Positions 49,571 to 58,690 of a stretch of 64,000 nucleotides of DNA are shown piece after piece (within the stretch, counting starts at the first letter, position 1; every line of letters starts with the position of its first letter). The notes beneath the pieces were generated by a model. The model did not search any database. It had not been told where the DNA came from and saw only the letters and a list, made by a program, of their open reading frames with translations. Position numbers and translations under genes: made by a program. The DNA is from an uncultured Gammaproteobacteria bacterium. GTDB taxonomy: Bacteria; Actinomycetota; Acidimicrobiia; Spongiisociales; SHLN01. The stretch spans positions 21,865-85,864 of the forward strand of contig CAXMQV010000058.1 in assembly GCA_964195905.1 (NCBI GenBank), in the 5' to 3' direction.

Positions 49571-51357
49571 ACCAGCTCTCCGATCTTGGGTACTCCGACG
49601 CCGGTCCACACAGACATGGAGAGGGCGTCGGGCGGGCAGCGTTCAATGCAGAGGCCGCAGCGGATGCAGGCTCGCTCGTCAAGCAGCAGCGTGGTGCTCC
49701 CGACCGGCCCGCCCACCTCTTCGGCCGGGACGAGCGAAATCAGGTCGAGCGGGCACACATCGGCGCACAGGGCGCACAGGACGCACTTGTTGACATCGAG
49801 GCTGATATTGGCGAAGCACCGCAGGCACCGGGCCGCCTCGCAGCGGGCCTGCTGTTCGGTGAATCCGATCTCGACCTCGGCCAGACCGACCCGGCGCTCG
49901 GTCGGCAGAGTCGGCACCTCAAGCCGATCCTCGCGGTCATAGGTGTCGGTCAGGCGATGGAACTGTTGAAGCTCGACCAGCTCACCCTTGATATCGCCAG
50001 GCGATTCGCCGGTGAACCGCTCATGGATTTCGGATGCAGCCTTGCGCCCGTCGGCAATCGCCTGGATGAGGGTGCGGGGCCCGAAGGCGGCGTCGCCTCC
50101 CGCCCACACCATGTCGAGCGAGGTCGCCAGCTCGTCGCCGACCATGATCGTCTTGCGAGGAGAGATGGCTGGCCCGTCGGGTCCGATAGCGTCCACGTCG
50201 ACCGCCTGGCCGATCGCCAGGATGATGGTGTCGGCTTCGTACACCTGGAGGTCGTCGGCGTCGAAGGTCGGAGCGAAGCGTCCTTCTTCATTGAATACCG
50301 AGGTCACGCCGATGGTTTCGAGACCGACCACTTTGCCGTTCTCGGCGAGAATCCGGGCCGGCCCTCGCCGATTGATGAACTTGATGTCCTCTTCGGAAGC
50401 CTCGATCAATTCGAAGGGAGAAGCAGGCATCTCCTCGGCGGATTCAAGCGAGATCACCGTGACCTGAGCTGCGCCCGCTCGAGTGGCGGTACGGGCGGCA
50501 TCGAGCGCCTCGGTCATGACGTTGCGCTCATCTGCTTCGATCTCAGCATCCGTCATGCCCACGGCCCCGTACTCGACCCGGCGCAGCGCAGTGCGGGCCG
50601 CGTCCATCGCCACGTCACCCCCACCGATGACGATGACCCGGTCCCCCACCTCCACCTCGAAGCCCTGGTTGGCGTTGATGAGGAACTCGATGGCTTTCAG
50701 CACCCCGTCGGACTCATGGCCTTCGATGTCGAGGCCGCGTCCCAGCGTCGCCCCGATCGCCATGAACAGCGCATCGTGACGTTCCTGCAGCTCGGAGAGG
50801 GTGACGTCGTCACCGAGCTTGGTGTTGAGGTGCACTTCGACGCCGAGATCGACGATCGCCTGCAATTCGGCTTCGAGAAGGGTCCGGTCGAGCCGGTATT
50901 CGGGGATCCCGAGCTTCATCATTCCGCCCAGCTGGGCGGTCGCTTCGTAAACGGTGACCTGGTATCCGTGGCGGCGCAGATCGTGAGCACAGGCCATGCC
51001 GGCCGGGCCTCCACCAATGATGCCGATGCTTTCGGATCGATCCGGCCCGGTGGGTGCAGCGACCTGACGCCAGGCCTCGCCTGCTCCAGCCTCTACCCCG
51101 TACTTCTCGGTCACGAACCGTTTGAGCGCCCGGATGGCGATGGGCTCGTCGATCTCACCGCGGCGGCAGGCATCCTCGCAGGGAGCGGCGCACACCCGGC
51201 CGCAGGCCGAGGCGAACGGGTTAGGGAGGCGAGCGGTCAGATAGGCGGTGAGGTCGTCACCGTCGGCGATGGCGGCCACGTAGGCACCGGCATTGGTATG
51301 AACCGGACAGGCGGCCAGGCAAGGGATGTTCTCGTCGTAGAACTGCAGGCCGGACAA
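49567..51357 (-). CDS. GltD-like NAD(P)H-dependent FAD/Fe-S oxidoreductase fused to a 2x[4Fe-4S] ferredoxin domain
   Basis: N-terminal Cys cluster CLAACPV..CGRVCAAPCEDAC, two dinucleotide folds IGIIGGGPAGMACA and VIVIGGGDVAMDAA, C-terminal CVLCALCADVCP + CIRCGLCIERCP; TTG start 1 nt after TAG of upstream cyt c with AGGTGAT SD. Confidence 0.75.
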   Translation of the reverse strand: MSGLQFYDENIPCLAACPVHTNAGAYVAAIADGDDLTAYLTARLPNPFASACGRVCAAPCEDACRRGEIDEPIAIRALKRFVTEKYGVEAGAGEAWRQVAAPTGPDRSESIGIIGGGPAGMACAHDLRRHGYQVTVYEATAQLGGMMKLGIPEYRLDRTLLEAELQAIVDLGVEVHLNTKLGDDVTLSELQERHDALFMAIGATLGRGLDIEGHESDGVLKAIEFLINANQGFEVEVGDRVIVIGGGDVAMDAARTALRRVEYGAVGMTDAEIEADERNVMTEALDAARTATRAGAAQVTVISLESAEEMPASPFELIEASEEDIKFINRRGPARILAENGKVVGLETIGVTSVFNEEGRFAPTFDADDLQVYEADTIILAIGQAVDVDAIGPDGPAISPRKTIMVGDELATSLDMVWAGGDAAFGPRTLIQAIADGRKAASEIHERFTGESPGDIKGELVELQQFHRLTDTYDREDRLEVPTLPTERRVGLAEVEIGFTEQQARCEAARCLRCFANISLDVNKCVLCALCADVCPLDLISLVPAEEVGGPVGSTTLLLDERACIRCGLCIERCPPDALSMSVWTGVGVPKIGELV

Positions 51358-51358
51358 G

Positions 51359-52168
51359 CTAGATCACCTTGTTCCGTTGCACACGGCGAAGGCCCCACAT
51401 ACCGAAGGCCAGCGCTACCACCCAGACTCCGGCCCCGATGAGGCTCCGGATGATCTCCCACAGGTCGCTGGAGATGAGATCCCCCCACACCGACGGCGGC
51501 GAGGCCAGCGCACCCGATTCCACGACCCTGGAGGGGATGAACACGGTCGCGATGATGAAGTACAGGACGATGACGCCGGCCTTGAGCCAGGTTTGAACCG
51601 GGGTGAAGGTGCCGCCGTCGGCTTTGGCAAGCACAATCGGGGTCACGACAACGCCCGTCCCGATAAGGGCGATGAGGAACCCGATGCCGTAGCTGAGAAC
51701 TGCCCCGGAGGGAAGGCTGGTGCCGGCGGTTCCTCCGCTTTCGGCGCTGGGCGGTGCAGGAGGAAGCGGCTCTCCGAGGCCTTCCTGAAGAAATGCAATC
51801 AGCGAGGTGACCTCGTCCTCGTCGAGCAGGTTGAAGGCCGGCATCCTGCTGTTGTAGGTCTCACCGAGAGCTTCGACCTCTCCACTCAGGCCGTTGCGGA
51901 CCACGTCACGTACATAGTCCGAGTTGTCGATGTTGGGGTTATCGAGCAGTGGCGGGAAGGAACCCGAGCGGCCGGTTCCGTCGGATTGGTGACAGGCCGA
52001 GCAATTGGCCTCGTAGACGAGCCGGCCCTCGGCAATGAGCCGGTCCGCCCCGTCCTCGGCAGGTGGGTCCTCCTGACCAAAAGCAACTGCCGAGGCTCCA
52101 ACCAGCATGAGAAGCACGACTACGAAGAGAGAAGCCGCCCGGCCGATGAGGCCCGCTCTTCGCGTCAT
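51359..52168 (-). CDS. membrane-anchored monoheme c-type cytochrome (first gene of operon)
   Basis: Signal/TM, CSACHQ heme motif, C-terminal 3 TM helices; start ATG 52168 (AAGGA SD). The ~100-codon extension is rejected. Confidence 0.65.
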   Translation of the reverse strand: MTRRAGLIGRAASLFVVVLLMLVGASAVAFGQEDPPAEDGADRLIAEGRLVYEANCSACHQSDGTGRSGSFPPLLDNPNIDNSDYVRDVVRNGLSGEVEALGETYNSRMPAFNLLDEDEVTSLIAFLQEGLGEPLPPAPPSAESGGTAGTSLPSGAVLSYGIGFLIALIGTGVVVTPIVLAKADGGTFTPVQTWLKAGVIVLYFIIATVFIPSRVVESGALASPPSVWGDLISSDLWEIIRSLIGAGVWVVALAFGMWGLRRVQRNKVI

Positions 52169-52323
52169 CCCACCCATCCTTTCGTGTTCCTTCCCTGCCA
52201 CGCTAGTCCCCGAATCCGGGGGGTCAGTCGACCGTCTGCCAAGCGTATGGATGATTGGGCGCCAGATACTCCCGACCGGCCGCTCGTGCTCTTCGATGAC
52301 ACCGTGTCGATCGCCCGGGGTGA

Positions 52324-52677
52324 AGCGTTGATCCTCAACTACCCGATGTTTCGCTCGTCGACCCGGCCGAGGCGGGCCGCTCGATCTTCTCCGAAACCGC
52401 CCTCGGTACGAAGGCGGGATGCCGGATCTGCCACAGCCTCGACGCGGGTCGCGACCTCGTCGGCCCATCCCTGGCCGGGGTTGGTACCCGGGCCGGCAGC
52501 ACGGTGGACGGACTGGACGCCGAGGAATACCTCCGCCAGTCGATAGTCGATCCCGACGCCTACGTGGTGCCCGGCTTTCCGGCCGGCCAGATGCTGGCGG
52601 GCCTGGGCGATGTCCTGTCGCCTGAGGACCTCGATAGCCTCATTGCGTTCCTCCTGACGCTCGAGGAGACCCCGTGA
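52324..52677 (+). pseudogene. c-type cytochrome paralog lacking start codon and signal peptide (probable pseudogene or frameshifted gene)
   Basis: Frame encodes ...GRSIFSETALGTKAGCRICHSLD...YLRQSIVDPDAYVVPGF...IAFLLTLEETP*, collinear with the downstream lipoprotein cytochrome, but no ATG/GTG/TTG in frame after the preceding stop. Confidence 0.4.
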
Positions 52678-53057
52678 AACGCATTGCCCTTGTCTGCTTG
52701 CTGGTTCTGGCCGGCTGCGGGGGAAGCTCCGGCTCGGACCCCGACCCATCATCGACCGTCCGTCACGGCCGGGACATCTTTGAGGAGCGCATTCTCGGGT
52801 CCAACCCGGGCTGCATCACGTGTCACTCGTTCGATCCCGAGACCACGCTGGTCGGCCCATCGATTGCGGGCGTGGCCGTCCGGGCCGAGACCCGGGTGAG
52901 CGGACAGACCGCCCGCCAGTATCTGCGCGAGTCGATTGTCTCGCCTTCGGCCTACCTGGTTGACGGCTTCGACGGAAAGATGCCGGGCGACTGGGCCGAC
53001 GTGCTCACCGAGGCCGAGATCGAGGCCGTTGTTGGCTACTTGTTGACTCTCCGGTAG
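52674..53057 (+). CDS. c-type cytochrome lipoprotein (monoheme)
   Basis: GTG start, LVLAGCGGSSG lipobox, CITCH heme motif, conserved ...YLRESIVSPSAYLVDGF...VVGYLLTLR. Confidence 0.7.
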   Translation: MKRIALVCLLVLAGCGGSSGSDPDPSSTVRHGRDIFEERILGSNPGCITCHSFDPETTLVGPSIAGVAVRAETRVSGQTARQYLRESIVSPSAYLVDGFDGKMPGDWADVLTEAEIEAVVGYLLTLR

Positions 53058-53086
53058 CCATCCCGACGGCGGAGTGTCCGGGCCTC

Positions 53087-53692
53087 CTAATTCGGCGGTT
53101 TCCCGATCACGTACAAGGCCAGGTTGCCGCCCGCCACGATCTTGTCGCGCTCGATCGCGAGACCGGCCGCTCCCAGCAACGGCGGAATCCCGGCAGCCGC
53201 CTGGTAGCTCCGATACTCCCGGTAGTGACCGGCGAAACGCTCGATGATCGGCAGCAGTCGCCGCAACGCCTGGCCCCGCCACCCGCGCAACGTTCCGAAT
53301 CGGAAATCGATCACCAGCAGCCGCCCGCCCGGTTTCACGACCCGGACCATCTCCTGCACCAGGGCGAGGCGCCCGGCATCGGGGACCTCGTGGATCACCA
53401 TCGAGGTCATCACCAGATCGAATCGGTCATCATTGAACGGCAGAGGTCCCGGGTCGACGTGGTTCAGCTCGGCGTCGGCGCCGAGACGGGCCGACGCCCT
53501 CTCCAACATTGCCGCCGAAACGTCAACGCCGACCACCCGGCAACCGGCGTCGGCATAGAGGGCCAGGCCGGTCCCGGTGCCACACCCGACATCGAGCACC
53601 TCCCATTCGGGGCGGGGCGGGACCAGGTCAAGGGCAACTCTGCGCACTCCTGCCTGCATCGGCTCGATGAGACGGTCGTACACGGCCGACAT
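53087..53692 (-). CDS. class I SAM-dependent methyltransferase
   Basis: Motif I VLDVGCGTG, motif post-I VVGVDVS, motif II; start set at MSAVYDRLIEP (ATG 53692), leaving 100 bp to the divergent permease gene. Confidence 0.7.
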   Translation of the reverse strand: MSAVYDRLIEPMQAGVRRVALDLVPPRPEWEVLDVGCGTGTGLALYADAGCRVVGVDVSAAMLERASARLGADAELNHVDPGPLPFNDDRFDLVMTSMVIHEVPDAGRLALVQEMVRVVKPGGRLLVIDFRFGTLRGWRGQALRRLLPIIERFAGHYREYRSYQAAAGIPPLLGAAGLAIERDKIVAGGNLALYVIGKPPN

Positions 53693-53792
53693 GCGTCGGT
53701 ATGGATCCTTGCTTGCCACGGGGGCAGCGTACGCCGAACGAGGCGGACCCGCCGGCGGCTGCACGCCGGCGCCTCCGTAGTCTTCCGTCGGC

Positions 53793-54902
53793 ATGTTCAT
53801 CGCACTCCGAGATCTCTGGCGCTCCAAACTGCGCTTCAGCCTCCTGGCCGGGGCCGTCGGTCTGCTGATCTTTCTGTTGCTGTTCCTCAACACACTCTCC
53901 TCGACCCTGCTCGGGTTCTTCATCGGCGCAATCGAGAACAACTCGGCCGACGTCCTGGTCTACGAGGACACCGCCCGCCGCAACCTGCAGGCCAGCCGGA
54001 TCGATCAGTCGGCGGTGGGCGAAATCCTCACGGTGCCGGGGGTGGCGGCCGCCGCCCCCATCGGTGAGCTCACCCTCACCGCCACCATCGACACCGAGCT
54101 CACCGACCTGTCTTTGTGGGGTGTGGATTTGACGGGTCCCGGCCGGCCGGAGCCCGTCGTCGCCGGACGGCTTCCAGGACCGGGCGAGGTAGTGGTTGAC
54201 GAATCCGCCACCGCCGAAGGATTTGAGATCGGCCAGACCATCACGCTCATTCCAAGCGGGACCGAGTTGGCGATCGTCGGGTATGTACGGGACCGTCGCT
54301 ACGCCGTCGTAGCCACCGCCTATCTCGACTTCGCCCAGTGGGTCGACATCTTCGAGGGCGAGTTCCCCGGCTCGCCGGTGGTGCCGCTGTCGCTCATCGG
54401 AGTGGAGATCGCACCCGGCCAGGACTCCGCCGTCGTCGGGGATCGCATCACCGAAATGGTTGCCGGTGTCGAAGGTCTCGACCGCGCCACGGCGGCGGCG
54501 GGAACTCCCGGAGTCGATTCGATCAGCCAGAGCTTCACGCTCATCGTTGGGATCACGTTCGGGATCGTTGTGCTTGTGATCGGCTTCTTCTTTCTCATCC
54601 TCACCGTCCAGAAGTTGCGCAGCTTCGTCACGCTGCGAGCGATCGGGGCTTCGACCGGCTACCTGGCTCGTTCGCTCATCATCCAGATAGTCATCCTCGT
54701 GCTGGCGGGATCAGCCATCGGGACGCTCATTTTGCTGGGAGCCACGCTCGGATCGAACCCGGCCTTCCCGCTGTCGGTGGACGGGGGCCTCGTCATGACC
54801 GTCACCTTCACGGTCCTGCTGTTCTCCGTATTGGCGGGGTGGCTGTCGATCAGACGGATCGCCCGGGCCGACCCGGCACAGGCCGCCCAGGGGACACTCT
54901 GA
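53793..54902 (+). CDS. ABC transporter permease (FtsX/MacB-like), subunit 1
   Basis: N-terminal TM, large periplasmic domain, 3 C-terminal TM with FtsX pattern (LRAIGAS...). Confidence 0.7.
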   Translation: MFIALRDLWRSKLRFSLLAGAVGLLIFLLLFLNTLSSTLLGFFIGAIENNSADVLVYEDTARRNLQASRIDQSAVGEILTVPGVAAAAPIGELTLTATIDTELTDLSLWGVDLTGPGRPEPVVAGRLPGPGEVVVDESATAEGFEIGQTITLIPSGTELAIVGYVRDRRYAVVATAYLDFAQWVDIFEGEFPGSPVVPLSLIGVEIAPGQDSAVVGDRITEMVAGVEGLDRATAAAGTPGVDSISQSFTLIVGITFGIVVLVIGFFFLILTVQKLRSFVTLRAIGASTGYLARSLIIQIVILVLAGSAIGTLILLGATLGSNPAFPLSVDGGLVMTVTFTVLLFSVLAGWLSIRRIARADPAQAAQGTL

Positions 54903-56026
54903 TGCAGCTGGCCCTCGCCGAGATCCGCCGCCGCCGGGGCCGCTGGGCATCGATCATCGGCGCCATCGCCTTCATTGTGTTCCTGGTACTGATCCTGGCC
55001 GCACTCGCCGATGGCCTCTTCATCGGTTCAACCGGTGCTCTCCGGAGCAGCGAGGCGGATGGTCTCGTGTATTCGGCGGACGGACGACGCTCTCTGGTGC
55101 GCAGCGAGCTGCCCATCGACGACCTTTCTTCAGTGGCCGCCATCGATGGCGTGGCCGATGCCGGCGCCCTCGGGGTTCTGTTGGCGACCGCAGCCACCGA
55201 TGGTGATCTCTTCGATATCGCCGTGATCGGCCACCTGCCAGGAGCGGTTGGAGAGCCGACCACGCTGGCCGACGGGCGTCCTCCCTCCCCGGGCGAGCGT
55301 CACGTGGGGATGGCCGACCTGTCGCTCCGGGACAAGGGGATCGAGCTCGGATCCTTCGTCCTGCTGACCGGCTCGGCGCAGCCCGTTGAGGTCATCGGGT
55401 TCGTCTCCGATGCCCGCTATCTGCTGGCCGACACCCTGTGGGTGACGCTGGAAACGTGGGAGTCGCTCCGCTTTGAGATTCGCCCCGAAACGCGGGGACG
55501 AGGGTCGGTCGCCCAGGCCTTCCCGATTCGCATTGCCGAGGGCGCCGATCTCGAGACCGTGGCAGCCGCGGTCGACGCCGCCCTCGGAACGACAGAGACG
55601 GTCAGCACCGACCAAGCCATCCTGTCGCTGCCTGGCGTCGAACAACAGGCATCCACCTTCACGGCCATCATCGTGGTGAGCTTCATCGTCGTCGGGATCG
55701 TCATAGCGCTCTTTTTCGCTCTCATCACGCTCGAGAAGCGGGGCCAGCTTGCCATTCTCAAAGCGATCGGCTCATCCAACTCCCTGTTGCTGAGGGGGGT
55801 CCTTGTCCAAGCGCTTATTGCCACGGTCGCCGGCTACGTGCTCGGATTCGGGCTGTCACGGCTCCTGGCGCTCGTTCTTCCGCCGGCGGTGCCGGTTGAG
55901 TTCCTGGCGGGCACTGCCCGCACCCTGTTCCTCGCAACCATCGTGATGGGCGCCGTGGGAGCCGTGCTCTCATTCCGACGCATCATCCACATCGACCCTG
56001 CATCTGCTCTCGGAGGTGAAGCATGA
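54902..56026 (+). CDS. ABC transporter permease (FtsX/MacB-like), subunit 2
   Basis: Same architecture (ILKAIGSS...); ATG shares one base with the upstream TGA. Confidence 0.7.
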   Translation: MQLALAEIRRRRGRWASIIGAIAFIVFLVLILAALADGLFIGSTGALRSSEADGLVYSADGRRSLVRSELPIDDLSSVAAIDGVADAGALGVLLATAATDGDLFDIAVIGHLPGAVGEPTTLADGRPPSPGERHVGMADLSLRDKGIELGSFVLLTGSAQPVEVIGFVSDARYLLADTLWVTLETWESLRFEIRPETRGRGSVAQAFPIRIAEGADLETVAAAVDAALGTTETVSTDQAILSLPGVEQQASTFTAIIVVSFIVVGIVIALFFALITLEKRGQLAILKAIGSSNSLLLRGVLVQALIATVAGYVLGFGLSRLLALVLPPAVPVEFLAGTARTLFLATIVMGAVGAVLSFRRIIHIDPASALGGEA

Positions 56027-56703
56027 CCGCTCTGATCGTCGACGACGTGACCAAGGTGTACGGATCGGGCCACACCGAGGTCCGGGCGCTCTGTCACGCC
56101 ACTCTCGAGCTGCGTGACAACGAGTTCCTGGCCCTCCTGGGCCCATCCGGGTCGGGCAAGACGACGCTCTTGTCGGTCATCGGCGGTCTGCTATCCCCGA
56201 CCGAGGGAACGGTGACGATCGGCGAGACGGCTCTCACCGAGCTCTCGAAGAAGGAGCAGACGCGATTTCGGGCTAATCGGGTCGGGTTCGTTTTCCAGGG
56301 TTTCAACCTTGTTCCCTTCCTGACCGCCCGGGAGAACCTGACGGTGATGGCGTCTATCTCCGACGCCCCGCGAGCGGAGATCGAAGACCGGGCCGACCAA
56401 CTTCTCGACGAGCTCGGGCTGACCGACCGCCGTGACAATCTGCCCGAGGAGTTGTCGGGTGGCGAGCGTCAGCGGGTCGCCATCGGCCGGGCGCTGGTCA
56501 GTGATCCCGAATTGATCCTGGTCGACGAGCCCACTGCGTCGCTCGACACCGAACTGGGAACCCAGGTCGTTCAGCTCCTGGCGTCGGAGATCAAGAGCCG
56601 CGGCAAGGCGGGGATCATGGTCACCCACGACCTCCGAATGGTGGAGTACACCGACCGGACAGTGCGGATTCTCGACGGTGAGCTGCTGGACGCCTCCGAC
56701 TGA
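56023..56703 (+). CDS. ABC transporter ATP-binding protein (LolD/MacB-type)
   Basis: Walker A GPSGSGKTT, LSGGERQRVAIGRAL signature, ILVDEPT Walker B; ATGA overlap. Confidence 0.85.
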   Translation: MTALIVDDVTKVYGSGHTEVRALCHATLELRDNEFLALLGPSGSGKTTLLSVIGGLLSPTEGTVTIGETALTELSKKEQTRFRANRVGFVFQGFNLVPFLTARENLTVMASISDAPRAEIEDRADQLLDELGLTDRRDNLPEELSGGERQRVAIGRALVSDPELILVDEPTASLDTELGTQVVQLLASEIKSRGKAGIMVTHDLRMVEYTDRTVRILDGELLDASD

Positions 56704-56901
56704 CCGGAGAGCCTCCGGTGGTCATCTCCTCCGTTGCGGCCCGCTTCACGCTATGATCAATACAAGGTACGAACGTTCGTGCCTCGCCTTGCTCTGCTTC
56801 TGTCGTCCCGTCGGGTGTTGCAGCAGGGCAGCTCGACTCAGGTCGAGGTGTCCGGCTTGCCAGGTGTTTCATTCGACGGTTCAGCTCAAAGGAGCAAACA
56901 C

Positions 56902-57156
56902 ATGTCCACAAACATCTACGTAGGGAACCTCGCGTTCTCTACCAGTTCGTCTGATCTCGAGCGTCTCTTCGCCGAGCACGGCGCCGTAACGCGTGCCCAG
57001 GTCGTTGAGGATCGCGAGACCGGCCGCAGCCGCGGGTTCGGATTCGTCGAAATGGCCTCAGCTGATGAGGCTCAGAAGGCGATCTCGACCCTTGACGGAT
57101 CCCAGGTCGATGGCCGCAGCCTCAAGGTGAACGTCGCCAAAGAGCGCTCACGCTGA
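56902..57156 (+). CDS. RRM-type RNA-binding protein (RNP-1/RNP-2)
   Basis: RNP-2 IYVGNL, RNP-1 RGFGFVEM; AAAGGAG RBS 7 nt upstream of ATG 56902. The 56-codon N-terminal extension is rejected. Confidence 0.8.
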   Translation: MSTNIYVGNLAFSTSSSDLERLFAEHGAVTRAQVVEDRETGRSRGFGFVEMASADEAQKAISTLDGSQVDGRSLKVNVAKERSR

Positions 57157-57282
57157 GCCCGATCGCAATTCAGGTGCTGTGTGGCGCCAGGCCGGTGAGG
57201 ACTTCGTCTTCACCGGTCCTGGTGCCCACCGGCACCTCTTCTCATGGTGGGTTCCGCAGTGGCTAAGCGCGGGGGTGAAGCC

Positions 57283-57513
57283 ATGGCAAAGCGGGCCCGC
57301 GAGCGTGCCCGGCAGGAGAAGCAGGCCGCCAAAGCGGCCAAGCGGGCGGCGGGACCCGATGACACCGAGGGTCTGTCCACCAAGGGAGAGGGCGACCTCC
57401 TCGAGGAGTTCGCCGCCTTGAGTGCCCGCTACGAAGCCAAGACCATCAGTCACGAGAACTTCGAGGAGGAGCGCGAGCGCATCCTCGGAGAGCTTGGAAT
57501 CGAATCCGGCTGA
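57283..57513 (+). CDS. small Lys/Arg-rich protein with SHOCT-like C-terminus
   Basis: ...ISHENFEEERERILGELG resembles SHOCT short C-terminal domain. Confidence 0.3.
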   Translation: MAKRARERARQEKQAAKAAKRAAGPDDTEGLSTKGEGDLLEEFAALSARYEAKTISHENFEEERERILGELGIESG

Positions 57514-57532
57514 GCCGGTTGGCCGTCACGGC

Positions 57533-57961
57533 CTAGCCGGCCGGCTCCCCCTCCTCGGTCCCGACCCCATCGAATCCGTCGATCGTGCGCGTCCCCTCCA
57601 CCATCCCGTCTGAGTCGAGGAGGTACGTGGCCGTCCCTGTTGCCTCCCCCGAAATCGTGGAGGTCGACTGCCAGGTGGCTTCCAGGCGCTGGCCGATCAC
57701 CCGGCCTTCCCCGAGCGCGATGTCACCGGTGACCAGCCACTGGAGGTCGTAGCCATTCGCCGAGCGACGAATGGTGAGTGATCCCGAGTACTCGGTATCC
57801 TGCGCACTCGTGCCATTGATGAGCCAGCGGCCGGTCCACGGATCACCGTCATTGTCCGGGGTCGACGCATTGGGCGCTGTGAAGAACGCCAGCGCCAGGA
57901 TGGACGCCACGATGGCGGCGCCCGTGATGAGGGCGCTGCGGGAGATGAGAGGCCGAGTCAC
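57533..57961 (-). CDS. hypothetical secreted/signal-anchored beta-rich protein
   Basis: N-terminal anchor (ALITGAAIVASILALAFF), Gly/Thr-rich beta-strand-like body. Confidence 0.4.
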   Translation of the reverse strand: MTRPLISRSALITGAAIVASILALAFFTAPNASTPDNDGDPWTGRWLINGTSAQDTEYSGSLTIRRSANGYDLQWLVTGDIALGEGRVIGQRLEATWQSTSTISGEATGTATYLLDSDGMVEGTRTIDGFDGVGTEEGEPAG

Positions 57962-57964
57962 ACG

Positions 57965-58690
57965 GTGACGATCACAGACACAAGAGTCGAGTCTATAGGT
58001 GCCCCCGTCCCGCGCCCCCTGACGCGGAGGCCCTGGTTCCTGGTCGCCGCCGCCTTCGGCGTCCTCCTTGTGCTCGGGGCACTCTGGTTCAAGATCTTCG
58101 AGCCCATTCAGGTACTCCCCCGCATCCGGCTCGCACCCGGGTTCTCCCTGACCGACCAGAGCGGCGCTCAGGTCACGAGTGAGGACCTACGCGGCTCTGT
58201 GGTTCTTTACACGTTCACGTACGCCGGCTGCGAGGAGCCGTGCCAGGCGCCCGAACCGACCATGGCTGCCATCCGCAACAGAATCGGCGAGGTCGATCTC
58301 GGTGAAACTGCGGTGCGCTTCGTGACGATTTCCTTCGATCCCGAAAACGACACCCCCGAGGTACTGAATGCCCGCGCCGGGGCCATGGGCGCCGATGGTG
58401 ACCAGTGGATCTACGCAACCGGTGCCGAGAGTCTCATGAAGCCCATCATCGGATCCGGCTTCAAGACCTACTTCGAACGGCGCGACGACGGGAGCTTTGC
58501 CTTCGACCCGGCGCTCATCCTCGTCGACGGCTGGGGGGTCGTGCGCGGCGAGTACCGATACCAGACACGGTCCCCCGACACCGAGCGAGTCCTCAATCAC
58601 ATCGGCATCCTCGGTGACGAAATCCGCAACAGCCACGGCGTGACCGGTCTCGCCTACGAGGCCGCTCATTTCTTCCTGTGTTACCCGTGA
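57965..58690 (+). CDS. SCO1/SenC-family copper chaperone (thioredoxin-like)
   Basis: TM anchor, CEEPC (CxxxC) copper motif, downstream His; start uncertain (4 nt from divergent neighbour). Confidence 0.7.
   Translation: MTITDTRVESIGAPVPRPLTRRPWFLVAAAFGVLLVLGALWFKIFEPIQVLPRIRLAPGFSLTDQSGAQVTSEDLRGSVVLYTFTYAGCEEPCQAPEPTMAAIRNRIGEVDLGETAVRFVTISFDPENDTPEVLNARAGAMGADGDQWIYATGAESLMKPIIGSGFKTYFERRDDGSFAFDPALILVDGWGVVRGEYRYQTRSPDTERVLNHIGILGDEIRNSHGVTGLAYEAAHFFLCYP

Noticed and set aside
52169-52468. Upstream extension of the first cytochrome c gene (MGRRGRDPRR...)
   Set aside because: Arg-rich, no signal peptide. AAGGA SD and MTRRAGLIG signal start at 52168.
53693-53941. Longer starts (53794/53800) for the methyltransferase
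   Set aside because: They would put its start codon on top of the divergent ABC permease start (53793) with no room for promoters. The methyltransferase domain begins after MSAVYDRLIEP.
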